Below, one piece after another: positions 45,334-58,302 of a stretch of 64,000 nucleotides of DNA (within the stretch, counting starts at the first letter, position 1; every line of letters begins with the position of its first letter). Origin of the DNA: Curvularia clavata (Eukaryota); NCBI GenBank assembly GCA_023920165.1, contig CP089274.1, forward strand, positions 5,456,001 to 5,520,000. The letters are read 5' to 3'. The position numbers were made by a program, and so were the translations under genes. The notes under the pieces were generated by a model. That model was not told the DNA's origin, searched no databases, and worked only from the letters and a program-made list of their open reading frames with translations.

Positions 45334-46966
45334 GCAAAAGGAAACTGAGTCTCCGTGGATGCACGTTTGTGGGATATACCCATTGATGCGGATGACCATA
45401 ATGGGTTCGATTTTCCTATCAAAGGTTGGCGTTGGACATACCAGAAGCGAGTGGAAAGTCGAGGATAAAGGTCGAGGATAAAGCGAGCATTGTTTTTGCC
45501 TGGAAGTTACACACCTACATGATGCTTTGGGATGCATCGATTGTGTTACAGCATAAGCGTGGTGCAGATGAGAATGGGGACGAAAGACGATATTGCATTG
45601 ATGATGAAAGCACAGATAAATATGAATTAATGGATCATTTTGTAACACACACACCTCTTTATCTCACTATCAAAGTTATGCTGGCAAACAGGTATGTTGA
45701 ATACGGGTTTTACAGTGTCAGCGCAGCATAGCAAAAAGGAGTTGCAACTTATTAAGAACATCCAGTCGTGAACTTCTTCGAAGGGATGTAGAACAACGAC
45801 ATCACGATACAAGCAGAAGGGAAGAACAGAAGAAGCCAGATAGTGCCAATATTTCCCATAAAGTCTATTCGACCCCTTCACGCCCCGGCCATTTCCAAAA
45901 GACGCAATGCAAAACCATCAACAATCTCCGCACACGCACGCTCTATCCCTCATGTGTCTCCCTCCCCTCACCACTTTTCTTTGCTTGCATGTCCCCCAAA
46001 CGTCAAGAAGAACAAAAACAATAAGGGGCCAAAAAAAAAAACTCGCACTACAACTACATCAACAAGCCGCTTTTCTCCACCCAAAGGTATTCAAAACAAG
46101 TGTAATATATCATAGATATATCTCTATATATATGTATATCAGAAGAGAAGAGGCAAACAAACATTAGCCCATTTCCACGTAGCGCAGAGAGAGACATCCT
46201 GAAAGCAAACAAGGTCTGTATGTACAATCAGTTTGCTTCCGAGTGCGATACTACTCTCCGCGACAACAGCCCATCAGAAGCGAAAAGGAGAAGAAGAAAT
46301 TGAAAAAAGGTCATCGCATGGGTAGTCCAAGCGATGGGGGTATAGAACGGACAGAGAAGATGTAAATCGACCGGAGAAAATAGTCGTCGCGAGTTGCTGG
46401 ATGGCGTGATTTACAGATATGGATGGTGGTGGTATTGGGCGGTGGTAGTCAAAGCGGTCGAGCGAAATGCGTGGTTACGTCATGTGAAGCTTTGCTTTGC
46501 GGATTAAAGAGCGAATTAGACACTAGGCGCACAGGCAGTCTTCTATCTCTCTTGGCCAGAACCATTCGAGAAAAAAAAGCAAGCGGGAAAAGTATTGGCC
46601 GCGGGCTGGGGTCATGTGGCGTCATGGGACCGGGAGACGCCAAAATGCCAGCGCACAAGAGGGAACATCCTAGCCGGATGAGGGGGGCCGATGACTAGAG
46701 GATCATGGATTGAGATGCGGAAACAGAAACAGCGCGTGAACAGACATAATCGTGGCGGCATTACGGTTTGTGGACAAGGCCAGTGGGCGTGCTGGAACCT
46801 AGAGAGAGTGAAAATCCGGCGTCCCTGCGAGTAAGGGTCGTGTCACAGAACATAGCGGTGCGGACACGACACGGGTCTCGCCCTTGCAGAGTCGTTTGTA
46901 GGGTGGAGACTGCCATGGAGTAGACGAAACTAGGAAGGATTAGCAGACCAGACACAAAGACCATCA

Positions 46967-48912
46967 TTAAGGGCTTGGAGGTGCTCGATCACCTCGACTG
47001 CGGTGCCCTCCAAGGGCAGCGCTGTCGCCCTCAATGGTCTTTCGCCAGTGCTGCGGCAAGCAGACGCAGACCAAGGGGAAGGCCTTGATCTCGCTGTCCT
47101 CGATTGGCAGTCGTCCACTTCCGTTGCTCACACCCGAGTCGCGCTGTTCGGCTTTTCGTGCCTCCCATTGCTCTGCTGTCTCGGATAGCCTGACACCTGT
47201 GGCCCAACCATCATCCCAGATGCCCACGACCTTGAGCATGTCACCTCTTTCAAGCTCAAACTCATCTCCGGCGCGAGGCTGGTAGGCCCAAAGCGTGGCA
47301 ACAGTGTCGTTGGGGTGAATATCGTCTTGGGAGTAGTAGTCCTTGAAGAATTGTAGCTGTTCGGACTGGGCGGAAGTGAGGCCGTCTGGGCTAGACAAGC
47401 TGCGGGACTGGCCAGAACCGGAAAAGGGCGAGGAGTTTGTTCCTAGAGCCGATTGACTTGAAAGGGAACCCTGGCGCTTTGGAAGTCCAGCAGCCAGCGC
47501 ACCACGGATCGATTCTGGTGAGTCGTAGGCACCGATCTGAGAGCCACCGTACGCAGTCAGACGGGCCTCCCTATCGGTATGGTCGGCCAACGACGCCGAT
47601 TCCTCCAAGGCTGACATTCGCTGGACTCGGGCACCTGGGAGCATGGTGGCCGAGTGATTGCCGTCACCACCAAATGCCATGGGAGGGGGAATGTTGCCTT
47701 TGGAAGAGTGATGTCGTGATGGTGATGGGGTATTGAAAACACTGCCGGCCTGGCTGTACTTCTTTCGACGCATTCGCATACAGAGGAAGATGACGGCGGC
47801 GATTATCAAGGCAGCACCGATGAGGGACCCAATCACAATACCAGCAATAGCACCCCCTGAAAGACCCTTTCCTGAATTTTGGCCACCGGATGATCCTCCA
47901 GCTGTAGAGCTTGGTGAGACAGAGGAGGTACCTGTTGGAAAAACAGGTGGCATAGATACGGTGGTGGGAAGGTGGACGTTTTGGCAGCGGGCTTCGACGT
48001 TGGCATTGACGCAGCAAGTGTCGGTCGAGTTGGTAGTGCTCTTGGAGCAAAAGAGGCAAAGTCCCTCGAGGTTGTTTTGGAAACCGCATTCGGTGGGCTC
48101 ATTTTTTACAGCTTCGATGCAACTGTTGCTGAGCGCGTCTGCAGGGTTGGAACAGCGGGTAAAGTCTGAGCGGATCTGAGGAATCGCGTTGTTGCCCGGG
48201 GTGCCACACAGGTCCGGACTTGATATTATCACCTGTTCACTGATGGCAAAGTCGGCCTGGATATATGGTCAGCTCTGCGGTCCAGTGTGATTGTGCAATT
48301 CACGTACGCATGCATCAGCGCACAGTGGTGTTGCGGCCTGGTCGCTGAGGCCACACGACTGCTTGGATGACTGGACAATGGCATTACACAAGACTGTTGT
48401 TGTAAAGCGAGCATAGAGATTGGTGGTGTTGGTCAGGTTGACTCTTGAGCAGCCTAGGATGTCTTCGTATCTGAAGAGAGGTTAGTTTTGTCAACAGTGT
48501 GTAGGGGTAGAGGACTGACTGTCGCTGCGCGTAACCGGTCTCTATGTAGTTTTGCAGGCCCTGGTCGAATGACTGGGTGTTTGACACAAACTTGAGGAAG
48601 GGACTGGTAGTGGTTAATGTCTGTTCTGGTAGGGCAAAGCGGAGGGGGCTTGACGTACAAGTTGCCAGTCAGGTTGGTGTTGATCGAGGCCGAGGCAAAG
48701 GCTGGGCAGGTGGTTGAGCCCTGGAGTGACACGCAGCCCTGCTGTGCCATTGTCGAAGGCAGTGAAGCGGCAAAGACAGTCAGAAGAGCCGTGGCGGCGG
48801 CTTTTGTGCCCAGACGTAGTTGCTTCTGGCGACGGGCGGAGCTAGATGATCGACAGCAATGTCCGGAGCAGCGTGGATGGCGAGCATCATGGCCGGGCGG
48901 GCATGGGGACAT
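46967..48912 (-). CDS. Single-pass membrane protein: Cys-rich ectodomain, TM and cytoplasmic SH3
   Basis: Introns 48604-48658, 48471-48519 and 48257-48307; hydrophobic ALLTVFAASLPSTMA; TM LSGGAIAGIVIG...RMRRKK; SH3 LWAYQPRAGDEFELERGDMLKVVGIWDDGWATG...AFPLVCV. Confidence 0.85.
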
Positions 48913-49257
48913 TGCTCTGGAGTCACAGTCTGTGCCGTGGTCGGGAGAAGATGGACAGCAAGGGCGGGGACCGTGGAAGTATTGACGTGGAGACGCGCAG
49001 GTTGACTAGGCCATGCGCGGCATGGAGGTTTGGGACGGGACCGGTGGTAGCTTTGTTTGTTTGTAGAGGACGATGCACGCAGCGGGAAGGCACGACGGAG
49101 CGAAGACAGAGGCACAGGCGGGGGAGGGAAAGGGCGGCCGGGCTCGCGACATGCAAAAATGAGCGTAGCGGGTAGGGAAGCTGCGAGGGCCGCACACGTA
49201 GTAGAAGAAGGAAGGCACGATCGATTGGGGGAAGCTGCGACACGCGCGCGAGGAAGG

Positions 49258-49365
49258 AGCGGTGCAGGCGCAGGCGCAGGCACAGGTGCAGGTGCAGGTG
49301 CATCGCCTAACCCAAGCTCGCCAGGGCCAGCGCCGGCGCCGGCGCCAGGGCCAGGGCCCGACCCC
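49258..49365. repeat. GC-rich hexamer microsatellites (GCAGGY)n and (GCCRGN)n upstream of the SH3 gene
   Basis: ggtgcaggcgcaggcgcaggcacaggtgcaggtgcaggtgca followed by gccagggccagcgccggcgccggcgccagggccagggcc. Confidence 0.7.
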
Positions 49366-50668
49366 AAGGCGCCGTTATGCCTGGGCGTGATTGGGCCCGT
49401 CCCTGCCACGGGAAATGAGGTTCCTGGCCTAAAATTATCCCGCTTGCTGTCTCATCGTGCTCTTTGCTGCCATACTATTATCATCGCTGCTGCTGGGGTG
49501 CTTCATCTTGACCTTCGCCACACGACACCGCCCGCTGCTCTCGCCCTGTCTGCCCCCGGCCCAGGTGGAGAAGAGACCCTGTCTTGTACACGCGACTTTT
49601 CATCCCGTCCTGTTGCGTTGTCCTGCACCCCGCCCAATCCGGCATGGCGCCATTTCGGCCTGCAAACGTCAGCCGTCTCTTGTTCTGGTCGGCGCAACCA
49701 CGCTCCATAACTTGGCCTGCCTGGTCTTCCGTCCACGGTTGCAGCGCATATTGTCGAGCCATCACCGCTTCGTCTCAATGCCTCAAAGCACTCCCCGCAA
49801 TTGCTCGTCGCCTGCACCACGCGGTGGAGCCTGCGGACCTCCAAACCCGATCCTTGGCCTGGCTCCTCTAGCCATCTCCCACCCTTTATGCAACGCCCGC
49901 GCCTTCATCTCCTCTAATCGCCCTCTCCTCTCTCCTGGCCACCTGCACAGCCATGGCTAATCCATGTGCCCCTCGTCCTAAATGCCATGCCATATCATCG
50001 CAATCTCAATCGCCAGACTGACTGCCGAAAGCAACAAGTACCGCTAACCCATGCTCCGTGCTCTCCAACCAGACTAGTCGACACGGCCCGCTCCCACGCC
50101 TCTGTGTCGCGGCGATCTTCTTCTTGCTTCTGATCCACAGCCCCATCCCAAGCTTGAGTACATGTTCAGTCGACAATTTGTCATGGACGCGACGATGCCT
50201 CATGTTTTGCGCCACCACAGGCCACACTTGCGCTACACCTGCCAGGAACAGAACCAGTACTCCTCTGAGGTTACACTGCCCTTCCAACCATTGGTCAGAA
50301 CAACACCACGCCTAGTGTCATCTTTGTCGTACAAAGTGTCGCAGACCCCATCTCCAAGACAATCGTGACGATGCTAGCCTCTAGTCTATAGGAAAACCAA
50401 ATCCCCTCCTCTACTACGGCTAATCTGCCCCCCACTGACCCTTCCACTTGCCAAGCTTCACCTTTGCAATGCTTGGACATCTTGCCTTGCTCGTCACCAA
50501 TCAACTTTTGCCCTAACCTAGTATCCGTCACGAGTCCCCAAAAAGCTCGTTTCAACACCATTCACAGCGCTATACATCAGTGCCCAAACCCCTCTTCTCG
50601 GCCGCTATACCATACCCCCCAGATTTGTAATTGCTGAACAAGAGAGGAAACTCACTCTCATCTGCCTC

Positions 50669-50687
50669 CTCTCTCTCTCTCTCTCTC
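50669..50687. repeat. (CT)n microsatellite
   Basis: ctctctctctctctctctc. Confidence 0.8.
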
Positions 50688-51339
50688 CTTCCCGACCGTG
50701 GATCTTCCGACAATGTCCGTTTGAACACTGTCCCTTATCTAGGTACCCCACGTTGAGATCTCCGTAGTCAATGCAAGGTACACCAATCGGGCCTCGGACA
50801 AACTGAACTTGTTCACTTTTCTTCCGGCGGAAGTGTTTTCTTTTCTCCCCACTACACACTAAGATCTGACGCATTGCCATACTCGATACGGCCGCGTCTT
50901 GGCGACTGCACCGGAGAATTTCTAAGGGCCTGTTTGGTTCTTCGGCCTTGGCATGCTCATCTGATGTGGATGGTTGTTTCTTCTTCTTTATAGAAAGGTG
51001 TTGAATAAGGTTCAAGACGGCTAAGATGGCGAGTTGTGCTTGTTTAATTCCCCGGCGAATAGAGTAGGTAGGTGTATATCCGACGAGATGGTGCTTACTT
51101 TCCATCTATGCTATTAGCGCCGCACTGGCCTTGTATTGCGTGGAACAATGGTTGGGTATAGCAGGATCCCCATGATGATGCCAACTCGGTGGAACAGAAT
51201 CCCATGGTTCACTCCAAGTCATCAAGGCTCCCCACCTCAAGACAGCTCCCATCCAATATGACATGCAAATCCATTCATTTGTTTGGGTATCATTCGTATC
51301 CGCCTTTCCCTCCCCTCACACACTCCGTTCCTTCCCACC

Positions 51340-51975
51340 TCAGAAAAACTTCACACCCTCTCCTTCCCCTCCACTCCCAAACACCTGCGCCTTCCCCCTC
51401 TTAACACAAACCGCCAAACTCTTCTGCAACAACTCCAAATCCATACCATAAAACTCCTCCTTGGTCGACGCGTCCCCCTCCACAATCTCATACAGCGTCA
51501 GCACCGTTCCCTTCTGCGCCGTGCGCTCCACCCACTCTTCCAGCGCCGCAGCCCACTCCTCCGGCCTGCGCCAATACACCCATACTTTTGCACCTTCCGT
51601 GTCGTCGCCCGCTTTCCCGCTCTTCTTGCTGCCAGATGTGATAAACTCTGCCCGGTTGCCGCCTTCGGGTGACGCCATGTAGCTCAAAATGGCCTTTGCA
51701 TCGCGCAGTGAGAGGCTACGGCGAAGCGAGGCGTTGGTGAAGAGTGGGGTGTTGAGCGCGTCGATAAGGGTCAGTGTGAAGATGCGGTTGTGTCGGCAGT
51801 AGGATTGGATGAGGGTCGACCATGAGGCGAGCTGCGAGCTACGTGTACTGGCGACAGGTTGTAGCGTGAAGAAGGGCGGGAAGGAGTAGTGTGGGGGGAA
51901 GGTAAAGGTCGAATTGGGGGTGCTCGAGGACGTGGGTACGGCGACGGGCGCCGAATAGGAAGACGTTGCAGCCAT
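51340..51975 (-). CDS. VPS25: ESCRT-II subunit Vps25
   Basis: FPPHYSFPPFFTLQP, W..LI.SYC, VWVYWRRPEEWA, VLTLYEI..GD, C-terminal GVKFF. Confidence 0.94.
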   Translation of the reverse strand: MAATSSYSAPVAVPTSSSTPNSTFTFPPHYSFPPFFTLQPVASTRSSQLASWSTLIQSYCRHNRIFTLTLIDALNTPLFTNASLRRSLSLRDAKAILSYMASPEGGNRAEFITSGSKKSGKAGDDTEGAKVWVYWRRPEEWAAALEEWVERTAQKGTVLTLYEIVEGDASTKEEFYGMDLELLQKSLAVCVKRGKAQVFGSGGEGEGVKFF

Positions 51976-53074
51976 GTCTGGATGCAAGCAAGGCCAAGAC
52001 CGGTCTTGTTCTGGGAGTGTATTAACGAGTGCGATTACACGTGTGGAGGTTAGCTGTGGATGCGATGCGGCGTCGATGCTGGTGGAGGTCTGCGGGGACT
52101 TTGCGACGTCATTGGTTCCCTTGGCCACAGGGGTCGAGACCATTATCCCTCCACGTCGTCACCTCTCATCCCTTTTCTAAATACAACTCTTCTCTACCAT
52201 TTTACTTATTGTGGCCTGGAATCTATCTGGGGTATAGGTGCTTTTCCAAATCTTTTAAATCGCGATTCTCTGAAAAGCACACTTGCTCCAGAGGTGCAAG
52301 CTGATTAACGGCTTACTGCACCGATATACTAACATTACGACATTTCTAGGCAAGCCCTAAGATTCCAATGCTACGGTACTAATAGATTCATGCTATATAG
52401 CCATCTCTCTTCTTCTTTCACAGCCCCCTATTTTTACTTCAAGCATGACATGTGCTCAAATTAGATAAAGTTCAAGCCATGCAGGTGGGATTATAGCCAT
52501 GGTTACCTATATATGCATGTGAATTCATGCACGCAATACTTATATTAGCTCACAATACATACCGCAATATGGATGCTAAATGCAGTCCTGGAAGGCTGTC
52601 AATATTAGTAGATCTGTCGATGGGTAATGCACAACTCGATGCTTGTTGGTTTATGTTGTGAATCGTGAGATAAATGTTTTTCCTATCGAACACTACCGTA
52701 ACCCTACAGAATCATATATCGTGCATATCTCCTAGCAGCCCTCATCCAGAACAAAGCGACAGCTACTCAAGGCATAGATCATCCGTGTCTTCGCGAACAC
52801 CAAGCCGCGCTTCTGTCGCATCCAGTGCTAGCAATTCAGCTCCTAACACCCTGCGGATTTCTAAAACTACCGCAACAAGATTAAAAGCATCGAGGGCTTA
52901 AGGATCGATGCAGGTCATAGTACTGCTAGCAGAAGCAAACGGTTATATGAAGGAAGCAAGCAATATTGCTAATAGGAGTAAGAAGTACATGTTAGTGTCG
53001 ATGATGATGAAATAGAGAGCCAAGCTGCAGTTGCGCAACCCAATGTCCCTTCTTACTGCGAGAGGAGATTTTCA

Positions 53075-53764
53075 TCATCCATCTATACAGTGATGCGAAT
53101 GCAGTAAGACAATCTGAACATTAGAATATACACGATAACTGCTATCCTTCCATGTGTCTCGAGTCGTGTTCAGTAGCCTCGAACTACGATCATTCAACTC
53201 TTCTCCGCTGAGAACGCAGTTTTTGAGAAATTTGAGAACTGACACGAATATCCACCAAATTCTTCCAAAACGGACACTCCGGTGACTCCTCCGAGCAGCG
53301 ATTTCATTTTGCAACTGGCGGAAGTTGAGATATCATATTCACTCACATTTTCCGTCCTCTGTCCGACCCCATGAAGGTGTCTCAGTCGCAACAACATTCT
53401 TCTGCCCCACATTCTCTGGGCAATGGTGGTATGTAGTATCTTGCTCCATGACTCTAAGATGCTCATGGAAGACTTCGGCAAGTTCCCCCAGGCCAACACC
53501 GTTGTTCGCGTGGAGTGTCAAGTCATTCCTAGAAAGGTACGCCCGCCAGGTTCTGCAAACTCGCTGGCATCGTAGCACCAAGACTGGAGTTGGCTTAAAA
53601 ATATCTAGTCCTCGGCGTCCACCTGAACACACAAGCCGTGCGGCGCCTACTGGAAGTAGTCACAAACCAAAGCGTCGTGGATATGACTTACGATCGTAGA
53701 AATCTAGATTTTGGAATACCATCTGCAGGATCTTAGGCGGGATGTATGTCATCTCTAGAACCAT
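53075..53764 (-). pseudogene. Degenerate, internally deleted duplicate of the adjacent F-box gene
   Basis: MVLEMTYIPPKILQMVFQNLDFYD|intron|..RCQRVCRTWRAYL matches the 55.1 kb gene with the same intron position, then jumps to GVGLGELAEVF (C-terminal homologous part); downstream frames are broken. Confidence 0.7.
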
Positions 53765-54285
53765 AGTGGTCTCTAGTTGTGTATAGGTATATTGGTGAGT
53801 TTACGTTATTGGAGAAGTAGAGTTGAGGCAAATACAAGGTTGTGCCACTGCGCTAGTCATTTTTGCCTACAATATGACAACGAGGGTTAAAGTGGCAGTG
53901 AAACGACCTGACCACATAAGAACCAGAGTTTACTTTATCATTGGTCAGCAGCTGTCTCTGGAGCAAACTGCCTTCGGTGACGATTTCGGGAGCCATGTAT
54001 CTACCCCACATCAAATACTTTGGTTAAAAATACTAACACGAGGGATTCACATTGTTCATTTATACCACAAGAAGATCTCGGCGTTAAAACATATTGAAGT
54101 GTTGTTTCTTTGAGTCTCTCTTGAATTGTCGCTCGTTGTATACGTATGCATGCCTAGTTGTCTTCAATTCCTATTCAGTGATCGTAAATTAGCTCAAGTC
54201 AAGACTACGCTGTTCTCTTTTCCGCTCCGCTCATCGCCTTGCATTTTCAATTTGTCCATCCTGTTCTTCAGCCTATATCTCGATC

Positions 54286-55145
54286 TCAAATGCAGTAGCA
54301 GTCCCCCTCGCCACAACGAATGCAGCATAACTGTACCTCGAAACGATGGAACTTAATTTGTTCCTCCATGCACATCAATTCCTTCCGAAAGATATCGGCG
54401 AACTGACCCAGGGTTACGCCACCTTCATCTCTTGCGCGCAGCTCGTACATTTCCGTGTTTTGCTCATGTGGGCCATGAATGAAATGGATGTAAGCCACTG
54501 AAAGAGGCGGGACACATAAAAGCATGTCCTTCCATGAACCTTCCTCTTGTTCTGTCTCATCTTCAAGCTTCCGAATCATCATGCGGACTTCGTCCAACGT
54601 CTCGAAATCGAACCAAGATGTCGGTTCGCCAGATTCATCTGTGAAAAAAGATTTGCTGATGAGATGCATGTTTCCTTCCAGACTTCTGAGTATGGGATGG
54701 AATGCATCACGGCCATAGTCCGAAAACATCCCACTCACCATATCCCAACGCAGGTCGAGTTTCGTGCGGAATGATAATTTGGGAAGAGAATCCGAGTTTC
54801 GAACTATTTCGGCAGTCGTCCTTATTCCAATAAAGAACTCCGAATTAACGATAACGCTGTCATCATCCCTGATCTCACCATTGTCGGCCTCAGGATAATT
54901 TGCAAACAATCGACGACAGAGCGCTCGGTTATTGCCTGGAAGATATGCGCGCCAAGTTTTGCAGACCTGCTGGCAGCGCAAGACTAAGACTGGAGTTAGC
55001 ATAAAACACCCTAACTGAAGCCTTGTGGGTATGACTTACGATCATAGAAATCCAGCTTGTGGAAGATCATCTGTAGGATCTCGGGCGGGATATGTGGCAT
55101 CTCCGGATTCATGATGTTTCCAGTTTTATTTACGGCTGCTTGCAT
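54286..55145 (-). CDS. F-box domain protein
   Basis: Exon 1 (MQAAVNKTGNI)MNPEMPHIPPEILQMIFHKLDFYD, GTAAGT intron with GCTAAC branch site, exon 2 L(LVL)RCQQVCKTWRAYL...SWKDMLLCVPP...GGVTLGQF. Confidence 0.8.
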
Positions 55146-55965
55146 TGTGTCCACTAGATGTGTTATGGGTGGAGTTGTATTATAGAATAGAACGCCCGAG
55201 ACAGATACAGCTACCTGTAGGTCGCTGTGCTGGAAAATATGTGCCTAGAATGTGGTGAAGGTGAAAGAGGCAAAGGAGAATGTAGGAAAGCAGAAAGTGA
55301 CGTGACCATGTACTATCTACCCTATCTGGGCAGCAAACGGCCTTCACGGACTAGCGGTACCGGCCCTCAAGTTTCGTTTGCTACCTAGCCTATCTCATTG
55401 GGTACAAACACACGTATAATCCCCATATCATCATCGAGCAATCCTTTCCTCCGTGATCGGGTGAGCTCCTAGTCGGGGCACTGAGTGGGTACTACACCAA
55501 AATTAGACTGCTAACGGGTTTACACAAAATCAATCATAACCCACTCAGTGTCCCATACAAAACAATATGGGTTGCTAAGCTAGGAGGGTAGCCGCTCGAA
55601 TTTGGACGATTGCTGGAGCAACAAAAGCGGAGGAGAGAATTGCTTGATATTTTGCTCTTTTTTTTTGGCCAGTGAAAGCGACAAATGAACAAGGCATCTG
55701 TAGCATACTGTAAGAGCTTCGTTAATGTATCATTACTCATTAATCCATACGTGCTCAAAAATCACTAGCCATCCCAGACAGCACCTCCAGCCAGCCATGT
55801 TCCCCGATCATCGCGATCAACCTTTTAAGAAAGAAAACTTTCATGCGCCGTAAAAAGATATAGACGAGCCCAACACTGGTGCCCCAAGACATGTACATCT
55901 CATATCCAACGGAATCATCAGTCTTATATTTTTGCCAACAATCCATCCTTTCCCACACTCTCCTT

Positions 55966-56538
55966 TCATCGCCAACCCTTCCTCTTCTGCTGCTGGCCCG
56001 CCTTAAACCGTATCTGGTCCTCCTTTTGCTGCTGAAACATCTTGACCTCATCACTGTACCTCTCATACTCGCCCATCCAATACTCAATCAAGCCACTCAC
56101 ATCATCGACAAACCCTTCTGGGCCCCGATTCCACAACCACAAGCCGACAACCAAGATGCCGCCCCAGAAGACGAGGCGAATGGCGAGATTGATCCAGAAG
56201 AGCACGGCGCGGTACATCATGTCGAGGATCTTGAGGGAGATGAAGAAGATGAAGACGAGGGCGACGATGGAGGCAACATCGGGCTGCGTGATGAGCTTGT
56301 TGAGGAGGGGAGAGAGGTGTGTGGAGAGTGTGCGCGAGACGCCGAGGAAGGTGGTGACGACGTGGAGGAGAGGGTTGGCAAACGAGGGAGGTAGCAGGCG
56401 CGGGAGAAGAGCAGCGTAGTCTGTTTGCGCTTGGGGTTAGCTATTGTTGCGATTTGGTATTACAAGAGTTGCGCTCGCCACGCGCAAATGCATGCGCTGT
56501 GGAAAGCGGGAGTAAGTTTTACCTTGTATGAAATCCAT
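55966..56538 (-). CDS. APQ12: Apq12-family nuclear envelope/NPC assembly protein
   Basis: MDFIQ|intron 56421-56522|DYAALLP...PDVASIVALVFIFFISLKILDMMYRAVLFWINLAIRLVFWGGILVVGLWLWNRG; two TM segments linked by an amphipathic helix. Confidence 0.7.
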
Positions 56539-58302
56539 GTTGGGTTGTTTGCGATAGGCTTTCTGGCGTTCAGACGGTGAAGTTGTATGTCGTGTGCCGG
56601 ACGCGATGAGGGAGACGCGTTGCGTGTTTTTTGTTGTAGTATGCGGGGATGGGAAAAGCGAAAGTGGAGTAGATAACAGAAGGACGAAAGAGCTTCTGTC
56701 TCGGCTTCTAGAAGAACAACGGATTGCTTGGCGCGTGGGTCGTTGGAAACTAAGGATCGCAGGCAGGGGTGGATAGGGGTAAGTACAAAGAAAATAAAAT
56801 AAATTCAAGATGGTAATTATCTTTCTGTTTTCACATGTGTTCGCGGCGGTGACAGATGTCCACGTTGTTTTTCGTCCATATAGGGTTTAGCCACAAACCG
56901 CCAACGGCCTTTCTTCACGTGCTTCTTTGCCTCAACGAGCAACATGTACACTCAATTGCGCTCAAAGGAGCCATCACGCATTGTACCTTACTAGCTTAGT
57001 CATCTGAATTTCTCTGCAGAAACGATGGACTGGGCGACAAGACAAAAAACATGAGAAAATGGAATAAGCAGCAAAAAAATCAAAGAGTGAGGTGATCATC
57101 CCGAGACCCCTAAAGTCCACACAGCATCGATGTCTCGTATCCACCACCCTGCGTCTTGCATCAGAGCAAAGGGAGATACCTCCATCTTTGTACCCACCAT
57201 GCATATTTATGCTGCGTTCGGCGAGGATATACCTAGTTTTATGTCGAGCCCAATACGTTACGAAGTCGCCCATGCTACAAAAAAATATCACATTACATAA
57301 CCAGATTTAATTAAACTACCACCCCTTCTTTCTTCCCACCGGCACTTCCTTGTGCGCTTGTGCGCGAATCGTGGGTCTGCCGTCCGATCTGGTGATTACT
57401 CTCTTCGGCAGTGGCCGTCGAGAAAAAAAAAGGTTCTAGTAGGGAGGGAGCAGAAGTAAAAGTGGGGGCTCTGAGTGGTCAGAGTTTTAAATTTGGCCTA
57501 TGAGGACGAGGGATGTTCCTGGATCGAATACTAGCCATATGAGATTGTGGCAAACAGGCGGTGTACAGATATATTCCGACTTGCAATGAGTGGCGTCATA
57601 TGGATCAATTGAAGGGATGTGCTCCGTTCGGAGAGGTGGGATTCCATGTCAATGCGGGTGGAGCCGAGGCGCTTGTTCGTGTGTCGGATATCGTAGGAAA
57701 AAAAAGGCAGTGTTTCCTTGCAGGACTGCAGAAGGCAGAGTCACGCAATCGAATGATGAGGGTGTCAAGATGATGGATGCTAATGTGTATTGATTGTTAT
57801 GCCTATCTGAATGCGAGAGGGATTGCCTCTCGCTGTGCAATAACTGCACACCTGATACTCAGGTACATGTTTGCCTATCCTACAACGCTGTTCTCCTGTA
57901 CCAAAGGCGTGCTTCGGTAATGAGCAGCTATCTGTCCTGACAAAGAAAAAGAAAGAGGCTCTTAGCCTATGTAGATGACGCAAAGGTCTGGTATCATGAT
58001 CAAAAGCGCCGCCGAACTCCAAGAAAAAAAAGGAAATCATGGGTTGTCGTAAAGTATGTATAGGTGCGAAGCCATAGTCGCAGAAGTGAATGATGGCATG
58101 TGCTGGTCGGTGACCGTTTCGGGGCGGTTGTGTATCCAGACACGGTGTATGGTAGCACACGTAACTGGCGATCCAATGTGCCACTCTGTTTGAGTGTATC
58201 GAATAAGCAACGGCTCATACAATCGGCCGGTTGCAAAAGTTGCTGGTGGCGGAGGGTGGCTGAATATGATTACAATAAATGGTTGAGTCGAGGTGATGGA
58301 TA

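Noticed and set aside
48780..49960. Overlapping 150-217 aa ORFs on both strands
   Set aside because: GC-rich, low-complexity promoter/5' UTR sequence with hexamer repeats and no recognisable domain.
50605..51105. 166-aa minus-strand ORF
   Set aside because: No recognisable motif, runs through a (GA)n microsatellite, and lies downstream of VPS25; insufficient support.
55879..56394. 171-aa acidic plus-strand ORF
   Set aside because: Antisense shadow of the APQ12-like coding exon.
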